NCBI RefSeq assembly: GCF_963921235.1
Contig: NC_086108.1
Location: 57,042,001-57,106,000 of the forward strand
DNA from: Mobula hypostoma
Taxonomy: Eukaryota
DNA length: 64,000 nt
Direction of reading: 5' to 3'
This document shows, one piece after another, positions 37,558-50,035 of the stretch; position 1 is the first letter of the stretch; each line of letters starts with the position of its first letter. The position numbers and the translations under genes are program-made. A model generated the notes under the pieces. That model did no database searches and was not told the origin of the DNA. It was given only the letters and a program-made list of their open reading frames with translations.

Positions 37558-38984
37558 AAGAAGGTACTTGTGAGATGTTTGGTTGTTTATAACATGCAGG
37601 TTTTGACTGTTGGAGTCAGTATCTGTTCTACATGAAACAAGCTGCTGGCTGCTTGAGAACAAAGAGGCACAAATTACTGATTGTCATTTGCAAGGAAGAG
37701 GGCAATAAATGAATGTTAGCCTGGAGCAGCTCTAATAAAAAGGTGTTAAAGGTCAGTCACATGACCTACAGCCAATGACACTGGAATGCGATATTTGAAT
37801 TGGTAAGAAATGAATATAAAAGCAGTCTGCTGGTGGCAGTATCTTTATAACAACTATCGTGGATGTGAGGTGCCCCATGGAAAGGTGAAGATTTGAAACA
37901 GAACTACAAGGAACAAGTCTAGCAACAGAAACTCCTCTTTAACGTAGTATCTTTTCAGTTATGTGACTGTTCATCGAAGGTCAGGAAACTTAGTTGGTGT
38001 GCACACGTTTTAATTGTGTAAGTTCATGTGGTCTTCTGTTGAGGCAATAAAGGTATTTGTCAGTAAATACAGATCTATATGTGCCTCTGACCATTATTAT
38101 AAGCAGTGATTCTTGAACCAAAATGATTTCACTACTTCAACAGTTTAGGAACTAAGAAGAGTTTGAAGGTATCGACAATTATCTTGACCGTTATAACGAA
38201 AATGAAAATTTGGAGGATGCAATTGTCCACAGCATTCTATAAAGGCAGTCCATTATATGCATTAGGTGTCTGCGCTGATTTCATTGCATAAACTGGATGA
38301 ATTCCTCCATTGATAACTATTAGGAACTGATACAGTTTTATAGTACTGTAATACTATTGGTAGTGTTCCAATTTCTTCTATATTTTATTTAAATACATAA
38401 TTTGTTACTCCGTTTGTTTTTTTTTATATATACTTTTTAAAATATTACCATATGACTTTGGCAAATTGGGCCAGCCACTTAACTGGGCCATAATGTACTG
38501 GTCCCGTTGTGCCCCAATTAACCTGTATTTCTTTCTTGAATGTATATTTGTCTTAGCAGTGAACACCCCCAACACTTGGCAAACTTGCATAGCCTTTCCC
38601 AGCTATGAAATCACCAACCACACCCCTTCATCCGTTCAGAATTATAGCAGGAAACATATATGACATCATAGTTAATGATTTAACAGAATAGGATCTTCAG
38701 TTATCGCTGGTGCAAATGACATTAAAGGAAATACATTTAAAACTGCTTCTTTTATGTTTTGTGCTTCCTTACTATTATGGTTACATTAGTAGATTCTAAT
38801 TTTTTTCCACAATAAGATAAAATTGAAAGATCCTTAGAACTATAAGTTAGAAGTGGCCAAAAACAGATGCAGGTAAATTTCATCTTCTTTGGGAATGGGC
38901 AGAGGGCTGGAAATTAATGTTTACAATAGTGGTGAAGTAAGAAGGACTGTTTTCAGTGGCAGAGGCAAAACTTGATAAAGATTA

Positions 38985-39270
38985 GCTTTGTTTCTTTAAA
39001 TAAACATGTGACATTGAAATACAGAGTGAAATGAGTCGTCGGTATCAACAGTCTAAGAATTATCCCGGGGACAACCCATAAGTATTACCAAAAGTCTGAT
39101 GCCAACATAGCATGCCCACAACTCACTAACCTTTGGAATGTGGGAGGAAACCACAGCACCTAGAGGAAACCCATGAGGTCAGGGGAGGAACTTACAAACT
39201 CCTTACAGGCAGCAGCGGGAATTAATGATCACTGGCGCTGTAAAACACTGCGTCAATCGCTATGCTACCA
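38985..39270 (-). mobile_element. tRNA-derived V-SINE-like element
   Basis: ttggaatgtgggaggaaacc...ggaaacccatg...caaactccttaca matches the reverse complement of the V-domain as I recall it. Box A/B-like head near 39210-39270. Confidence 0.65.
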
Positions 39271-39670
39271 TGTCGGGTTTTCTTTAAGATACCCTATGTT
39301 TTTTAAAAGGAATTTTAATAGTTATTTTCCCTTTCAAGGCTCAGATAGATAGCTTTATTATTCTTGCTATAAACTACATCAGCAGAACCACATGTTGATA
39401 GCACCACCTAGAGGTATAACATTTTCTGATACTGTAACTGTGGTAGAACGCTTCTTTAATAGAAGTACATACCATGGATATAATCATAATCTAGTTCATT
39501 ACCATTATTATTTTAAGTCTGCATGGAAAATAAAGCATGAAAGCAAGTTACTTATAAATATCCAGACAGTGGGATTCCTGCTACTTTCTGGATCCAAAAA
39601 CTACCTACTGTAATCACTACAGGAAATAAATTTCAAGACATCTGAATGTTGTCAGGATAACAGAAATATA

Positions 39671-40177
39671 CACTCAATGGCCACTTCATTAGGTATCTCA
39701 TTCTGCTGCTGCAGCCCATCCACTTCAAAGTTTGACGTGTTGTGAATTCAGAGATGTGCTTCTGCACACCACTGTTGTAACACTTATTTGAGTTACTGGT
39801 ACCTTCCAGTCAGCTTGAACCAGTTTTGCTATTCTCTTTTGACCTGTCTCATTAACAAGGCATTTTCGACCACTGAATTACCCTTCACTGGATGTTTTTT
39901 GCACCATCCCCTGTAAACTCTAGAGATTGGCGTGCGTGAAAATCCCAGGACATCACAGTTTCTGAGATACTCAAACCTGTCTGGTATCAACAATCATTCC
40001 ACAAAGTTACTTAAGATCACATTTCTTCTCCATTCTGATGTCCGATCTGAACAACTAAACCTCTTGACCATTTCTGCTTGCCTTTATGCACTGGGTTGCT
40101 GTCACATAGTTGGCAGATTAAAAATTCACATTAACAAGCTGCCGTACAAGTGCACCTAATAAAGTGGCCACTGAGTG
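39671..40177. mobile_element. Tc1/mariner-derived non-autonomous element
   Basis: TA-flanked TIRs cactcaatggccacttcattaggt / acctaataaagtggccactgagtg. Confidence 0.85.
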
Positions 40178-40437
40178 TAGATTCCCTGCCAATAATAAAC
40201 GATTTTAGGCATGCAAAGACATTTATCTTCTGGAAAAAGCTGCATGCTACATATCTATGCAGTTGATCATTAGGAATGTACATTACTAGGGGAAATCGGA
40301 TACATTAAAGTTACTATATTGAGAGAGTGGCTTTATTTTCAGTGATACTTCTACAATTTTCTAGTGCATTGCAAGTGGTCTTGTTACTCCCCCTCCCCCT
40401 CCAACTTTCAAATCCCTTACTCATTCTTCCTTCAGTT

Positions 40438-40474
40438 AATCCTGACGAAGGGTCTCAGCCTGAAACGTCGACTG
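40438..40474 (+). ncRNA. Minimal type-I hammerhead ribozyme motif in a Penelope-like pLTR fragment (~40365-40530)
   Basis: CUGACGA at 40442-48, stem II AGG/CCU, GAAA at 40462-65, palindromic ACGU stem III, GUC triplet at 40467-69, stem I AAUC/GACU with one mismatch. Confidence 0.75.
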
Positions 40475-43400
40475 CACCTCTTCCTAGAGATGCTGCCTGG
40501 CCTGCTGCGTTCACCATGTGTGTTGCTTGTTTACTCACTTTCCCAGTTTGAACAAATGGTCTGCCACCCAAAACATTAATTGTTTCTCTTTCCACAGATG
40601 TTACTTGACTTACTGAGAATTTCCTAACATTTTCTGTAATTTTCTATAATTCAGAGTACCAGTGTCTTGAGTTCCCAATAGTATTAGCCTGAAACTTTAA
40701 CAGCATTTTGTTTCTTAGATTGTCACCATGCATTGTGTTCTCCTCTGTAATCAGAGGAATGTTGAACAGAATATAACAGAACACTTCTTTTTCCAGATAG
40801 AGGTGTGCAGGTAAACAACTTAATATGTCAAAGATGCACTGTGTGGCTTTGACTTGAATAGGAATCTATGAGAATTAAACTACATGGATCAAGAAGATCT
40901 ACAGCTTAACAAAGTTATCATCTCCAAAACCTTGTATGCTTTGAAATCACTTTAGCTTCCAACAATGGACATGTGCAACACAAACATTTTGTTATCTGTA
41001 GTAACTTCTACTGATGAGCAAAGTTCAGCTACGTCCCTGAAGTCCACAAGGATGAGAGAACAATGCTATTTTCTGAAGGTCTAAGGAATTAGAGTTTTAT
41101 TAATATACTCCAGTACAGTATTCAGCCTGCATACAACAGTCCAAGTCTAAATATGCACTTCAATATTCATTTCCCAGATAGCCATCATTATAATCTTTGT
41201 TTTGAGATAGTTGGCTAACCCTCCAAAATTTGATAAATGAAAGTTTTAGGATGGTTCCTGTATAATCAAGTACATCCTCTGTAGTAATGACTATAAAACA
41301 TCCTTAAACTATTCCTAGCAGGAGGTATGCATGTGGGTAATGAGATATGGCATCCAAAGTAATCAGCAAAAATTTGTTGATGATGCAGTACTTCAGGTGC
41401 CTGAACAGGTTTGGCAAAGTCACCGTACATATTCTGGTTAGGGTTTCAAAAACTATCATATGCTGTATCTGCACAACCTTAACTTACAAAAGCAGTATCA
41501 CCAAGATCTCCAGAAGAGAACGGTCATATTTGTACCAAAAAGATCACAGAGACTGGCGTGTCAATATTGCTCAGTTGAACCAGCATTAAACTGAACACCT
41601 GAATGTCCCTGGGGTTTGGTATCTTGAGGCTTGAGGTAATGCAAGAAAAGCAAAGAGTTTCTGTGCTGATATGGTTACACACTTCAATTTTATTCAAAAT
41701 AATATTCTGGTCTAACATTATTCACCAGAACGAGCCTGCATTTTCCTGCCACCATTTTGATCCATCCAATTATAACCATCTTCTCTTAAGCCAAAAATTT
41801 ACCTTTACCTATCTTTGGTCTTCTCTTTGCGATCTGCATGGTAACTCCTAGTAACATTGTCAAAATGGTGTCAATTTTTACGGATTCTTTGATTAACAAA
41901 GTAGGCATGTCCCTGAAAAACGATTAAGCAAAAACACAAAGGTATTTCCTAGTAGCTTATATGTAAAAATGTTGGTTACTCTCCAGATATCAAAAGTCTT
42001 GGTTTAAAACACCTTAACATTTAAAATAAATCACAAATATTCAAAATAATAAAAATTATTAAAATAATTTTTAATAAGACAAAATAAACATTATTATTGC
42101 ACCCTTTCACAATACTCAGTTATACTTACAAAATCTTGACCGGGGCACAAAGGGTGGAGTCATTCTATTGTGGAAAAAATTAGAACAAGAGATCACTGGC
42201 TCAAGTCAAGGGTTTCCCATGTAAGACAGATGAAACAAAATTCCTTCTCTGCCAGTTATAGTTCTTCTGAACTCTTCCTCAAAGGGTGGGCAGAAGCACA
42301 ATCTTCTTTAAAACAGATTCTAGCTAAAGAGGCAAAAGGCTACAGCAAGTAATGTGAAATACAGAGATGAAGTACAGCATTCAGATCAGCCATGATCTTA
42401 TTAGACATAGCAGACTTGAAAGATGGAGTGAATTAGTTCTGCTCATAATTTGTGGTGTCTGTACATGTAGGGTTGGAAAGAGCATGGAAACAAGAGGTAG
42501 AGTTGTCACTGGAGTTTGGATAATAGTGGTACATTTAATTCTGAGCTTAATGGAGCTTGTACAATTAAAGGCAAGCTTCCTTTTGTGACTGCCAGTTGGC
42601 TGATGAATGAGGCTTGAGAATGAGACATTTGGACAACTCTGCTCTTACTGATCTAATAAAGCTCTTTGTAACAAAACAACATTTTACACCACACTGCTCT
42701 GCGTTGGAGTTATCTTCGAAGATGGTCATTACTTTCTTAATATGGGGAGAAAATGTGGGGAATTCAGTGAGTCACACCCATGAACTCAATTGCTCACTTA
42801 AGCATTCTTCTCTGAGTAATTTCAGTAATGTGTATGTCACCTGATCTTTTATTTCAAAGCCACCCTTATTTACCTACTTGACAATTTTTGAAGATTTGCT
42901 CAGGTTCATAAACGTAGGATAGCTGTAGCAAGGTTGTAGCAATGAAGTGGACTAAAGCAGTTCAAAAAAGGAAGTTATCACTTACACCCTCTATACCTAA
43001 TGGATGCCCAGGAGCATTACAAATGAAAACTCAAGGCTCTATTGTCCTAAATTGTCCCTCTTGCAATATTATTTAATGAGGAGAGAAAAAGGTCAGAATT
43101 TTGGGAAGAACAGCATAGTCATCCAGGCTCATCTGCTTGATCAGCAGAGCACTGGAAGATGTGACTTTAAATATCCCTTTAGCAGCTTCCTTCCATCATA
43201 ATGCCAGAAGTGGTGATGCTCACTGGCAATTTCAGTATTCAGTTACTTTCACAACTTGATAGCCAATGCCTGGATACTAAAGGGCTTAGACAACAGTTAG
43301 GCATAGTGCTAAATAACAATTGCACTACACCTGTCAGGCAATCACCATCTCCACTGAGAGTGCCCAAATAATTACCCTAGAAATTCAAGCAAATCAAAAT

Positions 43401-43907
43401 TCTAGAGTTGTCCAAATTGATGAACAATGTAAATAATGTGACGATGAGAACAGTTCAGAGGCTGGGTACCTTGCAGCAACTTGCGCACGTCTGACAGCCT
43501 TTCCAGCATCTCAAGCACAAATCAACAAAGTGTATTCCACAATATCTTGTCCACTGCATACAAATGAATTCCCAAGAGAAGATTTTAAAGTTTATATTTA
43601 AAAGGAAGAGATTATATTTGGTTTAAAGTTTTTAATGTATACAATATTACTTTGTACTGCAGAGAGTAAAAGCTTAATTAACGATATCCTGATTACCACT
43701 GCTTTATATAGCATTATTGAAGTACTCAGTAACAATGTGTGAAATGCAGTATTAAAAATATATTCCTTTAACTCTAAAATTACTCAGACACATACCTTTG
43801 AACATTTCATGAAAATAGCACAAAATCAGATATTCGCAAAAGTTAGATCACTTACATTTTGAAATTTTTGCCATTTTGTCAAAGAACAGACTTAGAGGAA
43901 TGTATAC

Positions 43908-46900
43908 ACACTAGACACTAGAATACTACAGCGCAGTACAGGCCTTTCGGCCCTCGATGTTGTGCTGACCCATATATTCCTTTAAAAAAGTACTAAACTC
44001 ACACTACCCCGTAACCCTCAATTTTCCTTTCATCCATGTGCCTGTCCAAGAGGCTCTTAAATACCCCTAATGTTTTAACCTCCACCACCATCCCTGGCAA
44101 GTCATTCCAGTCACCCACAACCCTCTGTGCAAAAAACTTACCCCTGATGTCTCCCTTAAACTTCCCTCCCTTAACTTTGTACATATGCCCTCTGGTGTTT
44201 GCTATTCGTGCCTTTGGGGAACAGGTACTGGCTATCCACCCTACTTATGCCTCTCATAATCTTGTAGACCTCTATCAAGTCCCCTCTCATCCTTCTATGC
44301 TCCAAAGAAAAAAGTCCCAGCTCTGTTAACCTTGCCATAAGACTTGTTTTCCAACCCAGGCAACATCGTGGTAAATCGCCTCTGCACCCTCTCCATAGCT
44401 TCCACATCCTTCCTATAATGAGGTGACCAACTGGTGGCATACTCTAACTGTGGTCTCAACAGAGATTTGTAGAGTTGCAACATGACCTCTCTACTCTTGA
44501 ACTCAATCCCCCTATTAATGAAGCCTAGCATCCCATAGGCCTTCTTAACTATCCTATCAACCTATGCAGCGACCTTGAGGGATGTATAGATTTGAACCCC
44601 AAGGTCCCTCTGTTCATCCACACTCTTAAGTAACCGACCATTAACCCTGTACTCAGCCTTCTGGTTTGTCCTTCCAAAATGCATCACCTCACACTTATCC
44701 GGATTGAACTCCATCTGCCACTTTTCTGCCCAACTGCATCCTGTCTATATCCTCTTGTAACCTTTGACAACCTACAGCTCCATCCATAACTCCTCCAATC
44801 TTCGTGTCATCTGCAGACTTACTCACCCATCCTTCTGCCTCTTCATCCAGGTCATTTATAAAAATCACAAAGAGCAGGGGTCCCAGGACAGATCCTTGTG
44901 GTACTCCACTAGTCACCGACCTCCAGGCAGAATGCTTTCCTTCCACTACTACCTTTTGCTTTCTTCCTGCAAGCCAATTTTTTATCCAAACAGCCAAGGT
45001 TCCACTGATCCCATGCCTTATGACTTTCTGGATGAGTTTCTCGTAAGGGACTTTTGTCAAATGCCTTGCTAAAATCCATGTAGACCACATCTACCGCCCT
45101 ACCCTCATCAATTCCTTTTGTTACCTCTTCAAAAAATTCAATTAGGCTCGTGAGGCATGACCTTCCCTTCACAAAGCCATGGTGACTATCCTTGAGTAGA
45201 CTGTACTTCTCCAAATGCTCGTAGATCCTATCCTTAAGAGTCCTTTCTAATAGCTTGCAGACCACCGACGCAAGACTCACCAGTCTATAGTTCCCAGGAT
45301 TCTCCCTACTACCTTTTTTAAACAAGGGAACTATGTTTGCCATTCTCTTATCCTCCGGCACCTCCCCTGCAGCCAAAGAGGTTTCAAAGATCATAGCTGC
45401 TGATCCAGCGATCTCTTCTTTCACTTCCCACAGCAACCCAATCTTGATGTTTTTAAGATGATCCAACACTACTTCTTCCTTAATCTCCACAGTGTCCAGC
45501 ACACAGGCCTGTTCTATTTCAACCTCACCCTGATCAAGGTCCTTTTCACTTATGAATACTGAAGCAAAGTATTCATTTAGGGCCTCCTCAACCTCCTCCG
45601 CCTTGAGGTACATGTTGCCTTCTTTATCCTTTAGCAGCCCCACCTTCATTCTTGTCATTCTTCTGTTCTTCACATACGTACAGAATGCCTTGGGATCATC
45701 CTTAATCCTACATGCCAAAGCCTTCTCATGCCCCCTTCGAGCTCTACTAAGTCCTTTCTTAAGCTCCTTCCCGGCTACCCTACATTTCTCAAGAGCCCTT
45801 CCTGCTTCTTATATCTGACATACGCTTCTTTCTTCCTCTTGACGAGTTGCCTCATGCGTTTCGTCAGCCACGGTTCCCTTTTCCTACCATTTTTTCCTTG
45901 TCTCAGTGGGACAAACCTATCCTGAACCCAGCACAAGTGATCCCTAAACTTCCTCCACATTACTTCTGTGCTTTCACCCTTGAACATCTGTTTCCAATAT
46001 ACTCTTGCTAGTTCCTGCCTCATCCCTTCATAGTTAGCCCTTCCCCAGTTAAGCACTTTCCCATTTTGTCTGTTTTTATCCTTTTCCATAGCTATGCTGA
46101 AGCTATGGAAGTTGTGATCACTCTCACCAAAATGCTCCCCCACCAAGAGGTCTGCCACCTGACCAGGTTCATTACCCAGAACTAGATCCAGTATGGCCTC
46201 TCCTCTCGTCGGCCGGTCCACATACTGTCAGGAATCCTTCTTGAACACACCTGACAAATTCAGCCCCATCTATCCCCCTTGCAGTCAGGAGGTGCCAGTC
46301 AACATGTGGGAAGTTAAAATCACCCATAACTACGACCCTGTATTTCCTGCACCATTCTAAAATCTGCCTGCTTATCTGCTCCTCGGTGTCCTGAGGGCTA
46401 TATGAGGGCCTATATACTACTCCCAGCAGTGACTGATCCCTTATTTCTGACTTCCACCCATACCGACTCAGTGTTTACTCCTTCTGCAGTGTCCACCCTT
46501 TCTATAGCCATGATACTATCCCTGACCAGTAATGCTACTCCCCCCACCCCCCTTTTCTACCTCCCATCCTATTCCTTTTAAAACACCTAAACCCCGATAC
46601 CTGCATCAGCCAATCCTGCCCTTCCTCCAGCCAAGTTTCAGTAATGGCCACAACATTGCAGTTCCACATACTGATCAATGTTAAGTTCATCCCCTTTATT
46701 TCTAATACTCCTAGCGTTGAAATAGACACATTTCAACCCCTCTAACTGGCTACATTTATGGTTTGTCCCTTGCCTGTCCTTCCTCACCAACTCAGAACAC
46801 ATAGCATCATGCCCTTGTCCTTCTACCCTAATTTCTGCACTCACATTCTGATTCCCACCCCCCTGCCAAACTAGTTTAAACCCTCCCCAACAGCTCTAGT

Positions 46901-48235
46901 AAACCTGCCCGCCAAGATATTGGTCCCTTTCCAGTTCAGGTGCAGCCCGTCCTTTTTGTACAGGTCAGACCTTCCCCAGAAGAGATCCCAATGATCCAGA
47001 AATCTGAACCCCTACCCCCTGCACCAACTCTTCATCCACACATTCATCTGCCATAACTTTCTGTTCCTACCCTCTCTGTCTCGTGGCACAGGCAGCAATC
47101 CTGAGATTACCACCCTTGAGGTCCTGCTTTTTAACTTCTTTCCTAACTCCCTATATTCCTTCTTCAGGACCTCATCCTTACTCCTATCTATGTCATTGGT
47201 CCCCACGAGGACCATGACATCTGGCTGCTCACCCTCTCTCCTGAGAATACTGAGAACTCAATCCGAGATATCGCAGACCCTGGCACCAGGGAGGCAACAG
47301 ATCATCTGGGATTCTTGATCTCTCCCACAGAACCTCTTATCTGTCCCCCTAACTATCGAATCCCCTATCACTACTGCTCCCCTCTTTTCCCTCCTTCCTT
47401 TCTGAGCTGAAGGTCCAGTCTCGGTGCCAGAGATGTGACCGCCACAACTTGTCCCTGGTAGGTCGTCCCCACCAACAGTATCCAAAACAGTATACTTAAG
47501 TTGATGGGAACAGCCACAGGAGTGATCTGCCCTTCCCTCTCTGGACAGTCACCCAATTACCTGTCTCCTGACTTTTAGGGGTGACTGTCTCCCTGAAACT
47601 CTGACCTATTACTGCCTCTGCCTCCCAAATGATTCAAAGTTCATCCAGCTCCAGCTCCCTAACTCAGTTTAACAGGAGCTGCAGCTGGATGCACCTTTTG
47701 CAGGTGTAGTCAGAGACAATTGTGCTGTCCCTGACTTCCCACATCTTACAATCAGAGCACTGGACTGCCTTATCTACTGCCTCCATTACCAACTCCTAAG
47801 TTAATTAAATTAATTAAAGAAACTTACCCGGCCTTACCTCACTGGGAGCAAGCTTGTCCTCAGCCTCTGCTCGCCGAAGCCTCAAAACTCCACTCCTTCA
47901 CTGGCCATTCTGCTTGAGCTACCCTTCTTTTTATTTGTTTGAGCTTCTCAATTTTTGATTGCCCAATCAGCTGCTTTCTGCTGAGTCTGAGCTATTCAAA
48001 TCTTAATTGCCCAATCAACTGCTTTCTGCTGAGTCTGAACTATTCAAACCTTGATTGACTTGACTGCACAATCCAACTGTAAAAACTGCCAGAACCTCTC
48101 GAGCCAAAGTCTCAAAGCTCCACTCCTTCACTGGCCCACTCACTCACTGGCCGCTCGGCTTGAGCTACCCCTCTTTTTATTTGTTTGAGCTTTTTAATTT
48201 TTGATTGCCCAATCAAACTGCTTGGTCACCTGCTT
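43908..48235 (-). mobile_element. Near full-length CR1 LINE (5' UTR, ORF1 SGNH-esterase-like, ORF2 APE plus RT), disrupted
   Basis: ORF1 motifs VVIGDSIVRG, VGTNDI. ORF2 motifs [71 protein letters not shown]. Short-repeat tail at 43908-43925. Confidence 0.95.
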
Positions 48236-48336
48236 TTCTTCTTCAACAATCTCCTTCTTAAGCCCACACCTCCATCACCTCCAGTTTAAATTCCATGCGG
48301 AATATTTTGGAGGATCAAGAACCAAGAACCACTCTA

Positions 48337-48866
48337 CACACAGTGGTCGCTTTATCAAGTACAGGAGTACCTATCTCCTGTACTTAATAAAGTGGCTACT
48401 GAGCGTATGTTCATAGTCTTCTACAACAACAACTAAGGTTCGACAGGTGCGTTAAGAGATAGTCTTCTGCATGTCACTGTTGTAACACATAGATATTGTC
48501 GCCTTCTTAGCAGTTTGAACCTGTCTGGCCATTCTCTTCTGACCTCTCTTATCAACAAGGCAATTTCACCCACAGCACCATATTTTTTTTTGTTTTCGTA
48601 CCATTCTCTGTAAACTCCAGAGACCGTTGTGCATGAAAATTCCAGGGGATCAGCAGTTACTTAAACCACCCTGTCTGGTACCAACAATCATTCCACGGTC
48701 AAAGTCACTTAGATCACATTTCTTCCCCATTCTGATGTTTCGCCTGAACAACACTTAACTATGACTATGTTTGCATGCTTTTATGCACTGAGTTGCTGCC
48801 ACATGATTGGCCAATTAGATATTTACAATAACAAATAAACATACCTAATAAAGTGGTCACTGTGTG
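48337..48866. mobile_element. Tc1/mariner-derived non-autonomous element, same family as 39671-40177
   Basis: TA-flanked TIRs cacacagtggtcgctttat / ataaagtggtcactgtgtg. Internal similarity to the other copy. Confidence 0.82.
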
Positions 48867-49539
48867 TAGATTGTCCAACTGAATGGGGCAACCATGCTTG
48901 GGAGAACAGTATGGCAGACTGATTAAAATTATCTCAGTATTTTTACTTGAATTCACACTACCTCTGCTATACTGACTAAAGCAAAACTAGTTACTGACAG
49001 ATCCAATTTCAACTTTCTATAACTATATAAATTGCCCTATAGCTGAATTACAACAGGCTGTATTAGAATGAAGAAATAGCCTTAAGATTAACTCAGTGGC
49101 ATACTAGCAGATCTTGAAAGAATGAAATGACTTGATTCTGGGGGTTGCTATGAGGCATCTAAGGAATGTCAGAGAATTTAAGCCTCATACTTCAAATACC
49201 GTGTGAAAAATACCATGTGAAGAATACCTCTTGGAGACATTTTTAAACAGGAATTCCATTTTATAAATTTAAAAAGAATCATACCAATTGATTTATGTTT
49301 AATTCATTGGCATTATGAAGATTGTGCGCTAGGCTAGGCCTTAATGCCTACTCTTCATGGTTACATACAAAGGAAATCTTCACTGGACACAAATTCAGAG
49401 TGCACATGTTCAGCAAGTTCTAAATTAAAAATTACCCATCAATTAAGCAGTCTCATTTACTAAGTTTATTGATGTGAGATATGCTTTTATTTCACTCTAT
49501 GCTGCCATATCTTTAGAATACTTTAAGTTGTCATAGCTG

Positions 49540-50035
49540 GGCAAGGTAGTGGGGATAAGCTACCTATTAAATGCTCTGAATAGCCTGCATCCCACAACAG
49601 CCTCTGAAAACCAAGTCCAGCTCCCAGCCTCCTAAGCCCAGCAGAACAGTTTGTACTGACAGGAGAAGGGGCAAAGGCAGATTACTGGAACTTTAAACCA
49701 GTTGCTTCGGTCAGATGGGGCTTGTCAGCCCTGGTTGGCAGCTTATCTAGATGGAAAACTCTGATCTCAAACCTCTGCTACCTGTGGCTATACCCTCTCA
49801 TGAGGAAGGTCTTGGGAGTAAACCATGAAGAAAATTCTGGAGCTGGAGTCCCTAAGGCAGTCCTATGTTCAGTTCAATGCTGACAAACAACTCCTGCGAT
49901 GTCACTGGTGCTAAACTGTATTGGTCCTTGCCTTTCCGTTGGATTCATCAGCCGCATGGAGAGGAGCAGCCTGCTACATAGACAACAGCTTGCTCTCCAT
50001 ATCGTACTGCCCTGCCTTGCGGATCACCTAGACAC
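49540..50035 (+). repeat. Probable RTE-related non-autonomous repeat
   Basis: GC-richer block with ggaaaactctgatctcaaacctctgct...gggagtaaacc motifs reminiscent of RTE 5' regions. Recognition only. Confidence 0.35.

Larger units (their letters stand above)
34774..38527 (+). mobile_element. Second Tigger/pogo-like element, split (34774-35131 and ~38120-38527) by ~3 kb of nested insertions
   Basis: Both halves align in order with 19244-20139 (gcaagacaattcagaactgttttgctcactg...gtgaaaa | aaatgatttcactact...gccccaattaacc). Confidence 0.78.

Noticed and set aside
47955..48060. Short direct repeats as a CRISPR-like array
   Set aside because: The units are tandem without unique spacers, the context is eukaryotic, and they are part of a CR1 5' UTR.
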